This document shows positions 8,852 through 20,300 of a DNA stretch of 39,237 bases, piece by piece. Source of the stretch: a virus (lineage: Duplodnaviria > Caudoviricetes). The stretch lies in the IMG/VR virus record IMGVR_UViG_3300032130_000005, positions 1-39,237 of that record; one strand, 5' to 3'. Positions within the stretch are counted from its first letter, which is position 1. Each line of letters begins with the position of its first letter. The translations under genes and the position numbers were made by a program. The notes beneath the pieces are model-generated. The model ran no database searches and had not been told where the DNA came from. It worked only from the letters and a program-made list of their open reading frames with translations.

Positions 8852-10464
8852 TCCAAAGTACCACTGCCGCTAGTACCAGTCCAACCCCAAGGATTAGGAC
8901 TACTATAAGGCCAATGTAATGTTTTAGCAGGTGCTCCGTAACGTCTTGGAATAGCATTATAGGCATTAAAATCTGTTGCAGTACCGGTATCATAAGCATC
9001 AGTTGTAGCATGAATATTAAGAAAATCTTTGAATTGTTGTGCAGTTCCACCTGGATTCGCTTGTAACCATAATGCACCTATTCCAGTTATTTGTGGTGAC
9101 GCCATTGATGTTCCACCTATTCGCGCCATATAATGTGTAGAACTTCCAGGGTAAAGTTGTTTTGAACCATATGTACTTACTTGACTAGTTGCACTTGAAA
9201 TCTCTTGCCCACCTGCTATTATATCAATACGTGGTCCTCTTTCACTAGATTGTGTGATGAATTCTTGTCCCCCGTATCTATCTTGATCCATATTTGCTAC
9301 CCATACAGTATCATCACTATGCGGTGAACTAGGACGATTATAATATATAGGATTACCTGCCGCGATCCCCTGCCACGATTCATTTAATGTATAATAGCTA
9401 TCATAAATGTCACTATGATAAGGAGCATTAGGACCTGAACATGGATGATATCCATTGCCTGCCGCCTTAACACAAATTACACCTGAATCTGTTAATTGCT
9501 CTTGTTCAACATTACTTGAGAGATCGAACAAGGGATGTCTACTGTTTATTGCTCCGTATTGTGTAAATGTTCCAGAGGTCCATTGTTGAGGAGTAATACT
9601 TTGATCTACTCCTTGAAAAAATATACTTTGTACGGCGGCGTTATTGTTATTATTATAGTACCAACTTTGTCCCCAACTTTGATTTACAATGGTAGGACGT
9701 TTAAATCCGTTAGCTTGAACAGGTTTATTTTCATGCCAAATTCTTATGCAATCCCAAAGGTCATTCGAATTCATTGCCGATGTTCCACCAAATACTCTTA
9801 CAGAATAAATTTTTGCATTCTTGGCCCAACCATATGTTTTACCTGCGGCAATACCTGCTACGTGACTTCCGTGTTCTCCTGCCGGCTGACCGTCATTATA
9901 AGCGTTTGAATAGTGCGTTCCTGGCATTGATCCTGAAATAATCGTATTCCAATCAAACTGTTCAAATCTTGTAGTGCCTTCAGCATCATTCCATTCTGGA
10001 TGTCCTGTAGGATCAACACCATCGTCTTGTATTACAATGTCAACACCTGTACCATCTAATGTATAAGTATAATCTCCTGTGTATGTACTAGATTGTGTTG
10101 CCGCATCGTAGTCACTACGAATATGTCTTTTTAATGCCCAATTAACTGCATCTTGACTGTTAGTAGTTGTTCTATCAAACTGACCAGTCTGTGTTTCATA
10201 TAATTCTCTTGTCTCAGGATCTGGCAGAGTTGATACTGTGTATATTCGTGGGTCTTTTGATAACTCCGCCGCTTCAGCATCAGTTAACATATAATGAGTA
10301 ATTCTGTTATTGGCTTTTTTAGCATACGCTACATCAACAGTTCTAGTTGGAACGTGAGCACTAACAGCCGCATCACTAGTAGTATTTCTTTCTAAGTCAA
10401 CTTCTACTTGTGCAATATCAATGCCTTTTTTAGTAACGACTCTATATTCTTTTTCACCAGCCAT
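8848..10464 (-). CDS. S8 (subtilisin-like) serine protease
   Basis: Catalytic triad IVIQDDG / HGSHVAG / GTSMASP, oxyanion AAGN, N-terminal prodomain-like region. Confidence 0.92.
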   Translation of the reverse strand: MAGEKEYRVVTKKGIDIAQVEVDLERNTTSDAAVSAHVPTRTVDVAYAKKANNRITHYMLTDAEAAELSKDPRIYTVSTLPDPETRELYETQTGQFDRTTTNSQDAVNWALKRHIRSDYDAATQSSTYTGDYTYTLDGTGVDIVIQDDGVDPTGHPEWNDAEGTTRFEQFDWNTIISGSMPGTHYSNAYNDGQPAGEHGSHVAGIAAGKTYGWAKNAKIYSVRVFGGTSAMNSNDLWDCIRIWHENKPVQANGFKRPTIVNQSWGQSWYYNNNNNAAVQSIFFQGVDQSITPQQWTSGTFTQYGAINSRHPLFDLSSNVEQEQLTDSGVICVKAAGNGYHPCSGPNAPYHSDIYDSYYTLNESWQGIAAGNPIYYNRPSSPHSDDTVWVANMDQDRYGGQEFITQSSERGPRIDIIAGGQEISSATSQVSTYGSKQLYPGSSTHYMARIGGTSMASPQITGIGALWLQANPGGTAQQFKDFLNIHATTDAYDTGTATDFNAYNAIPRRYGAPAKTLHWPYSSPNPWGWTGTSGSGTLE

Positions 10465-11978
10465 TAACTTATCCCCGCAGTAGATGTTAAGGCTCTATTA
10501 GCCGCAAATGGAAAATAAGCTATTCTGTTTGGACCATTCTGTAAACTTTGATCATCTGAAAAGAAAGTAGTTGGAGTATTTTCATCTGTTGAACCTTGAA
10601 ACAGTAAACCAGTAACTGCATTGTCTTGCCACCATTTACGTAATTGTGCAGGTGTCCATCCAGGATTTAATTGTAATATTAAACAACTCATGCCAGATAT
10701 CTGCGGTGTAGCCATTGATGTTCCTGTGTTGTTATAACTATCTGTGTCATCGGCAGAACCAGCACTCATAATATTTGTTCCAGCCGCCCATAGGTCAACT
10801 CTAGGTCCTTTATCACTAGTATTTTCTGTTGCTTCAACTGTACCGTTTAAGGCACTATCTAAATTACCTACAACAATTGTTTCAGGTCCGATGTTACCTG
10901 CACCTCTATTATAATGGACAGGATTTCCTGCTGTTATCCCACCTGAAGCTACACTTCGTGTAATATAGTTGTCGTAATCAATGTCTCCGTCATAGCAAAG
11001 TTTTTGACGTTGATTTCCTGCACTTTTAATATAATGTACACCTTCGTCTTGCATTTCTTCAACTTCAACATTTAAGCTCTGTAAATTTGCATTAAATTTA
11101 CCATTGGAGTCCCCAACAGTTCCATACTGGTCTGCCTTAACTGAACCAACACTAGATCCTCTAAACTGAATATCTGTTACACTAGTAAAATATGCTTTAA
11201 ATCCCCAACTTGCTCCTACGACCGTTGGTCGTTTAAAACCAGTAACTGGATCTAAAGTTTTAGCTTTATGAAATTCTTTAATTGCATCAAACCAATATGC
11301 TTGACTAATAATGTTTATAGGTAAACAATATATTCTGGCATTTTTAGCCCAGCCATAATCTTTACCTACAGCCGTTCCACAACAATGAGTTGCATGACTA
11401 CTAGGACTAGATGCGGTATAATCTATAGCAGGAATAGAACCCATATTAGGAAGTGTATTCCATTGGAATTCTTCTAAACGACTAACGCCGTTTTTATCTT
11501 GCCATTGTTCGTGTGTAAATCTAAAGTAATCTTCTTGATGTATATAATCAACGCCGGTACCATCTAAATGATAATCATACGTTGTTCCAGCAGTAAGATC
11601 TTGAGTAACATTAAGTCCCCATAAGTTTGTGTTATTAACTTGTCTTAAAAATCCCCAGTTACCTCTTGCTGTTGAAGTAGAATCTCTAACCCAGTTTTCG
11701 TCTTGTTCGTAGTCTACCCAATCGGATGACCATTCAAGTGGAAGTTCAACACCTCTTACTCTAGAATCATTTGTAAGTTTTTTTGCTTCATCATCTGTAA
11801 GGGATATTTCAAAAATACGTTTACTAGTTGGCCTAGTGTTTACATTTTCAACTGTTCTATCAGGAATGATATTGCTGTCAACACTAGCATCAGCACTTGT
11901 ATCTCGATTAAGGTCGTTAATTATTTGGTCTTTATTAAAGCCCTTGTGTAAAGAAACAACATAATGTTTTTCACTCAT
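10464..11978 (-). CDS. S8 (subtilisin-like) serine protease paralogue with Glu at the triad Asp position
   Basis: HATHCCG, SAGN, GTSMATP; GTGVDYIHQED aligns to GTGVDIVIQDD of the neighbouring protease. Confidence 0.88.
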   Translation of the reverse strand: MSEKHYVVSLHKGFNKDQIINDLNRDTSADASVDSNIIPDRTVENVNTRPTSKRIFEISLTDDEAKKLTNDSRVRGVELPLEWSSDWVDYEQDENWVRDSTSTARGNWGFLRQVNNTNLWGLNVTQDLTAGTTYDYHLDGTGVDYIHQEDYFRFTHEQWQDKNGVSRLEEFQWNTLPNMGSIPAIDYTASSPSSHATHCCGTAVGKDYGWAKNARIYCLPINIISQAYWFDAIKEFHKAKTLDPVTGFKRPTVVGASWGFKAYFTSVTDIQFRGSSVGSVKADQYGTVGDSNGKFNANLQSLNVEVEEMQDEGVHYIKSAGNQRQKLCYDGDIDYDNYITRSVASGGITAGNPVHYNRGAGNIGPETIVVGNLDSALNGTVEATENTSDKGPRVDLWAAGTNIMSAGSADDTDSYNNTGTSMATPQISGMSCLILQLNPGWTPAQLRKWWQDNAVTGLLFQGSTDENTPTTFFSDDQSLQNGPNRIAYFPFAANRALTSTAGIS

Positions 11979-11981
11979 AGC

Positions 11982-14540
11982 TTATGCCATACCTAATAAT
12001 CTGAAAGTCCCGGAACTAAAAGTACCGTTAAAACAATGCAATTTTAGATCAGTGAAAGTCGCGACCGCACACATTCCTGACCACAGAACTGTACAAGGAC
12101 CATCATCGGTTGAAATTCCTTGTCCAGTCATCACCACTGCGTTTCCGTTTACTCTAAAATCTATATAGCCGCTCCATCTTAATGGAGATGCCCAAACGGC
12201 ATGAGGAGTTAAAACAACGTATTCTCCGTTCCCGCCTGTCAGAGTCGAGTTCCCGTCTGCAACAAATGTTCCTGAATTGTCAAATGAATTAATACCGTTT
12301 TGAGCCCAAGTATCTATACTTGAAAACCCGTCATTGCTTATTGATAACTCAGTTCTGGTATTGGCGCTCCTGACAACATCTTCCATTTCTAGTCGCACAA
12401 CACTATACGCGGCAAGATTTAGAGTTGACCATGTTAACGTCTGGGTGGTAGGAGTATCAGATTCAATTTCTGTCCAACCACCACCGCCACCGCCACTAGC
12501 ATTAATTGTAATATTGCCTTCTGTATCACTAGCCGTTGTAACATTAGTTCCGCCAATAAATTTAATACTTTCGTCGGTTGAAATAGTTCTTAATGTTGAA
12601 TCATCAGCACCTACACTAAATGAAAAATTGTTATTTGTTGGTGCCCAAATACTTCCATTCCAAAATACTAGTTGTTGGTCTGAATTATTATAAATTACAT
12701 CGCCTGGCTGTCCAACTAATCCTGCAATACCAGTAGTATCAAAAGATCCTAAACGTAATGGTGCCGCCTGTACAACAACGGCGTTTGCCGCGTCAAGAAT
12801 TAAATTACTTGCTGAAGTTATAGTTGGTATACCTGCACCTGAACTTACAACTGAGTCAGCTGTAACTGTAGTAGCAACTATATTAATACCAGTTAGTGTG
12901 TCAGTAGTTTTATTATATACTAAACCACCATCGCCTCCAAATGAGCTTGAATCGTTAAATTGTACTTGTGTATCAGAACCACCTGGTGTTCCACCACCAC
13001 CGCCTGTACTATTAATTGTAATTTCATCAGCCGCAGTTGTCATTGTTATGTTTGTACCCGCAACCAATGTCAATTCATCTGCCGCCGCACTTGCTACAAC
13101 ATCTGTTTGTCCTGAGATTTTAATTGTTTTGTATGAGTCTTCGTTTAATTCACCTGTACCCGATGGTGTTGACCAACTTAATGTTTCATTACCATCAGTA
13201 GTTAATACTTGATTTGTAGTACCATCGCCGTCTGGTAAAGTAAATGATTTACTAGCTGTTACAGTTCCTGCTGACTTAAATCCAATAAAGTGTGAATTGT
13301 CAGTATCATAATATCTAATTTCTTTAGTAGATGCTACTTTAAGATCACCTGCAAATGTAATTTCGTTTACACCATTTGCAACTGAACCTGATACATTTAA
13401 GTTAGTAGTATTAACTGTAGTTCCTGTAAATGAAGTTGCACTTAATACGTTTGTACTAGGATTATATGTTACTGAAGCGTCTGTTCTTAACTCTTGGCTT
13501 GAAGAGTCAGATACAGCAACAAAAGTTACAAACTGTGCCGCCGCTGTAGCATCTGGTGATGTAGTAACAGTTGCCGCATCAACGTTGTTTAATACTCGTG
13601 GCTCCCATTTTGATGTTGCACCTTTAAAACTTAAAACATAATCGTCAACTGGTGTTGTACTAACTGTATCAACATCAGCTAAATCATCAATATTTGATGG
13701 TGCCGCAATTGAACCCGGTCCCCAAGTACTAGCACCTGAATCATATGTTAATACTTGTCCGTTTGTTGCTCCAGCAACTCCAACATCTACAAGGTCACCT
13801 ATGTTGCCAATTGTAGTCGTTATGTTGCCTTCGGAATCACTAGCTGTTGTAATACCAGTACCACCAATAAATTTAATTGATTCAGTTGTTGAAATTGCTC
13901 TTAAAGTTGAGTCGTCAGCACCGACACTAAATGTAAATGAACTTGCATCTGCTTTCCATTTAAATGATGTAGTAGCATGATCATAATATAAAATATCGCC
14001 GTCGTTTGTACCAGTTACTGCATCAACATCGGTTAAAGCAGTAAACGTTGTTATGCCGCCAGCATCTACCTTCCACTTCCAAGAAGTAGAAGCATGATCA
14101 TAATATAAAATTTTTCCATCGTCACTTACTGTAACATCATCTACATCTTTTAATGCAGTTATAGTTTTTAGGCTTAGATCTAAATTTGAACCTGTTTGTG
14201 CATTAACTCTTGCATCAGTTTTAGCAAGTGTAAAATATTCATTGGTTACACCTTCACTAATAACATCTGTAGTAATTCCTGCCGCCAAGTAACCAACGTC
14301 ATTAGCGAAGGCACTTAAAGCTGATGGTACAGTTGGAATACTAGGCTTGTTTGTTAAATCATTATAGTCACCACTAAATGGATTATTAAATGAAACATTA
14401 TTAATTCTAATATCTGTCGCATTAATAGTTCCAGCATTAGTTACACCAGCTCCACCTAAATCAAGGTTATCTCCTACTGGTAATTCCTTAATTTTATTGC
14501 TGTCTAGTACATCAACTACTAGTGGTATTCTATTTGCCAT
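11982..14540 (-). CDS. Modular tail fibre / receptor-binding protein (852 aa)
   Basis: Repeated fibre modules (FSGDYNDLTNKP, ADDSTLR x2, ILYYDH..S.KWK x2, GSDTQVQFND), poly-Gly linker and C-terminal tip domain. Confidence 0.75.
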   Translation of the reverse strand: MANRIPLVVDVLDSNKIKELPVGDNLDLGGAGVTNAGTINATDIRINNVSFNNPFSGDYNDLTNKPSIPTVPSALSAFANDVGYLAAGITTDVISEGVTNEYFTLAKTDARVNAQTGSNLDLSLKTITALKDVDDVTVSDDGKILYYDHASTSWKWKVDAGGITTFTALTDVDAVTGTNDGDILYYDHATTSFKWKADASSFTFSVGADDSTLRAISTTESIKFIGGTGITTASDSEGNITTTIGNIGDLVDVGVAGATNGQVLTYDSGASTWGPGSIAAPSNIDDLADVDTVSTTPVDDYVLSFKGATSKWEPRVLNNVDAATVTTSPDATAAAQFVTFVAVSDSSSQELRTDASVTYNPSTNVLSATSFTGTTVNTTNLNVSGSVANGVNEITFAGDLKVASTKEIRYYDTDNSHFIGFKSAGTVTASKSFTLPDGDGTTNQVLTTDGNETLSWSTPSGTGELNEDSYKTIKISGQTDVVASAAADELTLVAGTNITMTTAADEITINSTGGGGGTPGGSDTQVQFNDSSSFGGDGGLVYNKTTDTLTGINIVATTVTADSVVSSGAGIPTITSASNLILDAANAVVVQAAPLRLGSFDTTGIAGLVGQPGDVIYNNSDQQLVFWNGSIWAPTNNNFSFSVGADDSTLRTISTDESIKFIGGTNVTTASDTEGNITINASGGGGGGWTEIESDTPTTQTLTWSTLNLAAYSVVRLEMEDVVRSANTRTELSISNDGFSSIDTWAQNGINSFDNSGTFVADGNSTLTGGNGEYVVLTPHAVWASPLRWSGYIDFRVNGNAVVMTGQGISTDDGPCTVLWSGMCAVATFTDLKLHCFNGTFSSGTFRLLGMA

Positions 14541-14561
14541 TTTGTTTTCCTATGTTACACA

Positions 14562-14568
14562 TATTTAT
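14562..14568 (-). promoter_or_regulatory. T4-type late promoter core (ATAAATA)
   Basis: AAATAAATATG upstream of 14540. Confidence 0.6.
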
Positions 14569-14579
14569 TTCCGCTTTCA

Positions 14580-17309
14580 TTACATCATCCCGCCTGAGTC
14601 ACCAGCGTGTCTTACATCTACTACATAATGAAACGAAAAGCCGTCTTTGCCAGTTGTATTGTCAGTTTTAACATGAAATCCAGACTCGCAGTGGTATTCA
14701 TAATCACCTTGTTTATTGTCTGTTGCCACACCGCCGTCCCAATAACTAATTTGATCGCTATTTCCTGCATTATCATAAAGTTTTATGTCTGGTTGAGAAC
14801 CATCACCTAGGTTACGCATACGTGATCCAAAAGTAACTGAAGTAGAAAGAATAGGAGTCTGAGAGCTAGGAGTATTAGTTTTAAAAACAACACTTCCTAT
14901 CTGTGTAGCTGTACCTGGATTATCAAAATCGCGATATGATTTACGGTAATAATATCCAACTTTATCTTTAACCAAAGGAATCGGATCACCTAAGTAATTA
15001 GTTGGTGCAGTATCTGTTTTATATAATGCTATTTGTGATAGATAAAATGTTCCACCTTGTGTTGCGCCATGATTGACTTGATTAGATGTTGCCCATAAAT
15101 ATCCATCTCCGCCCCAAGTCTCAGCTGTTCCATCAAAGTCGTCTCCTGATAAAAGTCCCCAATGTATTTTTAATCCTGCATTTATTTCATCAAAGTACCA
15201 AGTCCCTGTGGCATCAGTAGTAAAAGCTATATTTTTCTTTTCCCACGTATTAGCCGCACTAATAGTATATTCCATTGGCATCGCACGTTCAGGAGGTGCT
15301 TGACCATTCCTAAATCCAACAACATAAGTTCCTGTCATAGATGATTTAACCCAAAAAGATAACATTAAATCTTGACCGCCATGAAGCGATGCATAATCAC
15401 TTCCAGTAATTGTATATGTTAATCTACTATAATCACTAACTCCTACTGTGCCTCCATTATCACCTGAATTAAGCATTTTCAAACTATATTTAGATTGGTG
15501 TCCTGACTGTGCGGCAGTAGGTACGTCTGTAGATCGAGATGCAGTATATTCTACGTCACCAGTTTTTTCATATCGCATAAGTGTAGAAGTAAATTTTTGA
15601 TCGCCTTCTTCTCCAAGTACAATAGATGTTCGTTCTAGCCATTGAGTAAAATCGCCGTCAATTAAATAGTTTCGGAGATCTCCTCCTCCACCACCACCGC
15701 CACCTGCCGCCGTAAATGTTACTGTATCTGTGGTAGCATTAGTAGTAATTGTCATATTACTACCAGCTTCAAATGATAATGTATCTGTAGTTGTATCTGC
15801 TACAACATCTGATTGACCATCTATTGCTATTGTTTTGAATGCAAACTCATTAGCTTCTGCACCTACAGGTGCGTGTGCCGCCTGTGAATGTGTATATGAT
15901 GTATCGTAATTAGTTTTTAAAGTATTTGTTAGATTGTTCTGTGTAAGTCCACCATCACCTACTGTATAAGTTGTATCAGCATCTACTTTCCATTTAAATG
16001 ATGTTGATGAATGCTCGTAAAACAGTACTTTATTGTCATCGCCTGCTACTACTGAAGCAACGTCTGTTAAGTCAAATAAATTTGCTAATCCAATACGTGC
16101 ATCAGCTCTTGCATTTGTGTAATAAAGATTAGTTGAACCTTCTGACAAAGCATCTGTATCTGCTGGACCACCACCGCCTGTTGCATCTGCTTTCCATTTA
16201 AAAGAAGTAGTACCATGATCATAATATAAAATTTTACCATCATCACCGGCTACTACAGCATCTACATCTGTTAGTGTTGTTAAACCTGCTAAGGCTATAC
16301 GTGCATCTGCTCTAACATCTGTGTAATATAAATTCGTTCCTTCACTTAAATCTGTTGTTGATTTAGTTCCAATCCTTGTATCAAAATCTGAATCAAAACT
16401 TGTATAAATTGTGTCTGTGTCTGTGTCGTCTGCTGGTGCCCATCTTGTATTTCCATTATCCCATTTAAGGACTTGTCCATCTGTTGCCGCGGTTGTATGT
16501 ACATCTGTGTGAGAACTTAATACTCCTGTACTTGTTAAGTAACCTGCTCCTGAATGATCTCCCCAACCATATGCTGTATTCCAATTAGCACTACCGGCAT
16601 TTGTAATTCTTGCATCTGCTCTTACATCTGTAAAGTAAAGATTAACTGAACCTTCAGTTATGCCATCTGAGGTACCACTGTATGTTCCTGAACCACCATC
16701 TGTAATTCCATAACCTGCTAGTGTGGTTGGCGTACTTGTAATACTTGCAAAACTAAATGTTGTGTCACCTGCAAGTGCAGTTGTAGCCGATGTTCCTAAA
16801 GCCAATGCATCAGTAATTCCATATCCTGAAACTGTTGTTGGTGTACCGCTTAAAACTGCATATGGAATAGAACTATTAGCAGTATCAACTAGTAATGTTG
16901 AATCGTCACCTACTATTGGATTGTTTGATTTAATTCCACCACTAAATTGAAAATTACCAGTATTATCTACACTCATTGTAGAACTGCCTATATGAATAGT
17001 AGTTCCACTTAACCATAAATCTTTAAATCTGTATGAAGAAGAACCAATGTCGTAAGTGACATTTGTGTCAGGAATAATATTTCCTTTTACAGTTCCATCT
17101 AAATTTATTTTATTAGAAACAGCATCGATTAAAACTGTAGAGTCATCACCAAATACAGAACCTTTAATATCCATTGAATGGGAAATTGTACCATCGTGGT
17201 TTGCAAATAGTTCTGTAAAGTTAGCATTAACTTTAGTAAAGGCTGTACGGATTGGATCTCCGTCACCCTTGTTTGCACTTGTTCCTATATTAATATTTTG
17301 TTGTGCCAT
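14580..17309 (-). CDS. Modular tail fibre protein (909 aa) with gp9/gp10-like N-terminus and a carbohydrate-binding-like C-terminal domain
   Basis: INIGTSANKGDGDPIRTAF; PTTxxGYGITD x2; EGxxNLY(Y/F)TxxRADARI x3; G8 linker followed by RNYLIDGDFTQW...LSFWVKSS.TG...ANTWEKK. Confidence 0.78.
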   Translation of the reverse strand: MAQQNINIGTSANKGDGDPIRTAFTKVNANFTELFANHDGTISHSMDIKGSVFGDDSTVLIDAVSNKINLDGTVKGNIIPDTNVTYDIGSSSYRFKDLWLSGTTIHIGSSTMSVDNTGNFQFSGGIKSNNPIVGDDSTLLVDTANSSIPYAVLSGTPTTVSGYGITDALALGTSATTALAGDTTFSFASITSTPTTLAGYGITDGGSGTYSGTSDGITEGSVNLYFTDVRADARITNAGSANWNTAYGWGDHSGAGYLTSTGVLSSHTDVHTTAATDGQVLKWDNGNTRWAPADDTDTDTIYTSFDSDFDTRIGTKSTTDLSEGTNLYYTDVRADARIALAGLTTLTDVDAVVAGDDGKILYYDHGTTSFKWKADATGGGGPADTDALSEGSTNLYYTNARADARIGLANLFDLTDVASVVAGDDNKVLFYEHSSTSFKWKVDADTTYTVGDGGLTQNNLTNTLKTNYDTSYTHSQAAHAPVGAEANEFAFKTIAIDGQSDVVADTTTDTLSFEAGSNMTITTNATTDTVTFTAAGGGGGGGGDLRNYLIDGDFTQWLERTSIVLGEEGDQKFTSTLMRYEKTGDVEYTASRSTDVPTAAQSGHQSKYSLKMLNSGDNGGTVGVSDYSRLTYTITGSDYASLHGGQDLMLSFWVKSSMTGTYVVGFRNGQAPPERAMPMEYTISAANTWEKKNIAFTTDATGTWYFDEINAGLKIHWGLLSGDDFDGTAETWGGDGYLWATSNQVNHGATQGGTFYLSQIALYKTDTAPTNYLGDPIPLVKDKVGYYYRKSYRDFDNPGTATQIGSVVFKTNTPSSQTPILSTSVTFGSRMRNLGDGSQPDIKLYDNAGNSDQISYWDGGVATDNKQGDYEYHCESGFHVKTDNTTGKDGFSFHYVVDVRHAGDSGGMM
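16218..16267 (-). repeat. 50-bp perfect repeat, copy 1 (inverted relative to 32725-32774)
   Basis: ATGTAGATGCTGTAGTAGCCGGTGATGATGGTAAAATTTTATATTATGAT on the - strand. Confidence 0.9.
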
Positions 17310-20300
17310 TATACTCTTCCTACCACAACGAAGATTTCACCATCATCTGGAGTCGTTTTAGCTTCAAGTGATTTACCTATTACTGTACCAACTTTTGGAT
17401 TACTAGTTGCACAAGCAAAACCTTTATGTGAACTTGTTACAAGCATTTGGCCTTTTCTAACCATGCCTCTAACTTTAACTTTAATTCTACCTTGTAAGGC
17501 AATTGCTGTTACATTATTACCTTCTTGTTCTGAATTCATTAAGTATGCAGGATGTTCTGAAACAACACCAGCAACTCTATCATCTTCGTGTAAGTTTGTT
17601 ACAGTTATTTCATCATCACCGCCAAATATTACAACTGTGCCCGGTTCGTATACTGCATCTGCTGTATAATTTTCTGCCAAGTCAGCATATTGTGCCTGGG
17701 TAGAAGTACCATTAAATGTTGTTGCATAGATAGTATTATATTTGAGACTTGCTGAACCTATAATGTATGTGTCATCAAGTCCAGGTTCAAATCCTGTTGA
17801 TGTTGTTTTAAGTACAGTTGCACCGTCGGATATAAGACCAATTTGTCCTGCGGCAGTATATCCTGTATTTGCACCTATACTAATACCTGTACTATTTGCA
17901 TCAAGTTCCCCTGGTGCTTCAATAAATGAACTGTGTATCCAGTCAACACCTAATCTTGATTCTCCTGCTAGTGCCGAATTAGTTTGGAAGCTACCTTCTG
18001 TTGTACCAGTTGCTCCGATATCAAGACTTCCAGTCATGCTAACAGTTGGAGTAACTGTTCCAACTGCACTCATAAATGAAGCGGCACCTGGTGTATATAA
18101 ATTAACAGTAGTACCAGTAGTATCTATAATTAGGTATGTATCAACTTTAATTCCTTGTGAAGCTACGTTACCTAGTGCATCAGTTTTAACAATTTTGTTT
18201 GCTTCTCCAGTAGTAGTTGTTTCTCCTATTACTCCACCACCACCTAAAACAATATCTGAGTAAGAAACTTCTTTAATAGCACCAGCTGGTGCTGTTCCTG
18301 GCGTTGCACCATATGGTTCGTAAGTAGCATCATGATAACCTAATGCTACCTTGTCAGCAAGATTAATTATTTTATTAAAATTAAGACCAGCAGTGGTTAG
18401 TTCTACCCAACCGTCAGTTGCTGTAAAGCTATCACTATCAAAACTAGCAACACCTAAATCTGATTGTGTAATTCCTGTAGCATCTACTCGTGTAGTTGCC
18501 GCATTTAAGTTTAATTTACTTTGAGATATATCCGCCGCTGAGTTTACATCTGCATTTACAATCCTATCAGGTGCGTGTCTAAGTTCTAATGTTGCTCCAC
18601 TTCCAGTTCTAGCAACATGAAGTGTAACATCTGTAGCCGCGTCCTCTGTAGCCAATGCATATTCATCATATGGGCCTTGTTTATTTTGAGCTGTAACTCC
18701 ACCACCAGTATCAATAAGATCAGCTGTACTAAAGTTAATGCCTGATGTTAATGTGTATGTTAATAAATTATGTGCTACGCTATTAATTGAAACGTTTTCA
18801 ACATCAAGTACTGTACCAGTTGCACCAGTACCATTACCAGTAATAGTATCATTAATTTGGAAGTTACCACCACTAGCTGGCGCTGTATAAATTCTATATT
18901 TTCCTGTTGTTACAAGTAATTGTGCCGCGGCAATTGTATTAGTTTCGACATCAAGTAATTCTGGAATTGTATCACCAGCCGCAATTAAGCTGTCAACATA
19001 ACTCTTAGTCGCCGCATCTTGTTGATCGGCTGGATCTCTTAAGTTAGTAACTGTATATGTTCCACCTGCATTTTGGTCGCCAGTAAATGCTAATACGCCA
19101 TTTCTAGCTAATACACCTAAACCAATTGGAGTACTTACAGCCGCACCAGCATGATTAAATCCTAATCGTCTGTTTACATAACCTCTAACTGCTGATTCAG
19201 TTGGTACCGAATCACTAGCATTGTCAGTCATGCCGTCGTCTGCACTAAATTCACTAGCTACAACGCCACGTTTAAATCCTAAGCCATCTAAGTTACTTAA
19301 AGCAATACTTGCCGAGAATGTAACTGTTCCTGTACCTTGATCAACTGTAAAGAATCTACCTACTCTAAAGAAACCGTCTTGATCTGTACTTACATAGAAT
19401 ACTCTACCTTTATCACGTTCGACAACTTCTTTTTCTTGGTCTGCTAGTTGTAATGGAGCACCTAATGTTACGTTCGGGAAGTTTGTAGTATTAAAGCTAC
19501 CGGTACCAATGTCTAAGAAATCGTGTCCTGTTGCTCTACAAGTTGAAATATTAATAGTAATATCTCCACCTTCATCCTTTTGTAGTCCACATCTAAGTGT
19601 AACAAGTGTTGTAGTATTTCTTACTGTACTAACAAGTCCAACTGCTGATGCTGGAACGTTAATGTCTGAAGCCGGAAGATCTTCAATAACAATTGTAGCA
19701 AATGTAGTTCTATTAGTATAACTTTTAATAACATGAGTTTTACCATCCCAAGCAAAAATCATATCACCTGCATTTAATCTGTCAACATCTGCTTGTGCAG
19801 AAACAAGTTCAATAGCAATAACAGTATCACCTATTGTGTCACCCATTGTTGTACCGCTACCAGCAAATGTGTTATTTTGTGATTCGCCATTATCAACAAG
19901 TACTTTAATATATCTGTATGTACTATCAAAAGTAACCATTCTATCAGAGGCCCCTAATGCACCACCGATAGCATCTGTTAGACCGTAAGCAATAGTTCTA
20001 TATGTTACATCAACAGCTTCGTCAAATGTAATTGCTGTACTTGGTCTAGTAATAGTTGTGTCAACTCCACTAACATGAAAGTTTAAGTTATTTCTAATAA
20101 TAACTTTCTGGTCATGTGTTAGTGTGTCAAGCAATCCTGATTTTGTTGTATTATCTTGTCCTGTTGTAGCAACGTTTAATTGGTAAACAGCTTCATCTCT
20201 AACTGAATTTCTAAATGTAAATCCTGTAATGTTAGTTGAAGCACTTGTAGTATATGTATGTTTGTGTACTGTACCGCCACTAACCCAAGTGTGTACTAGT

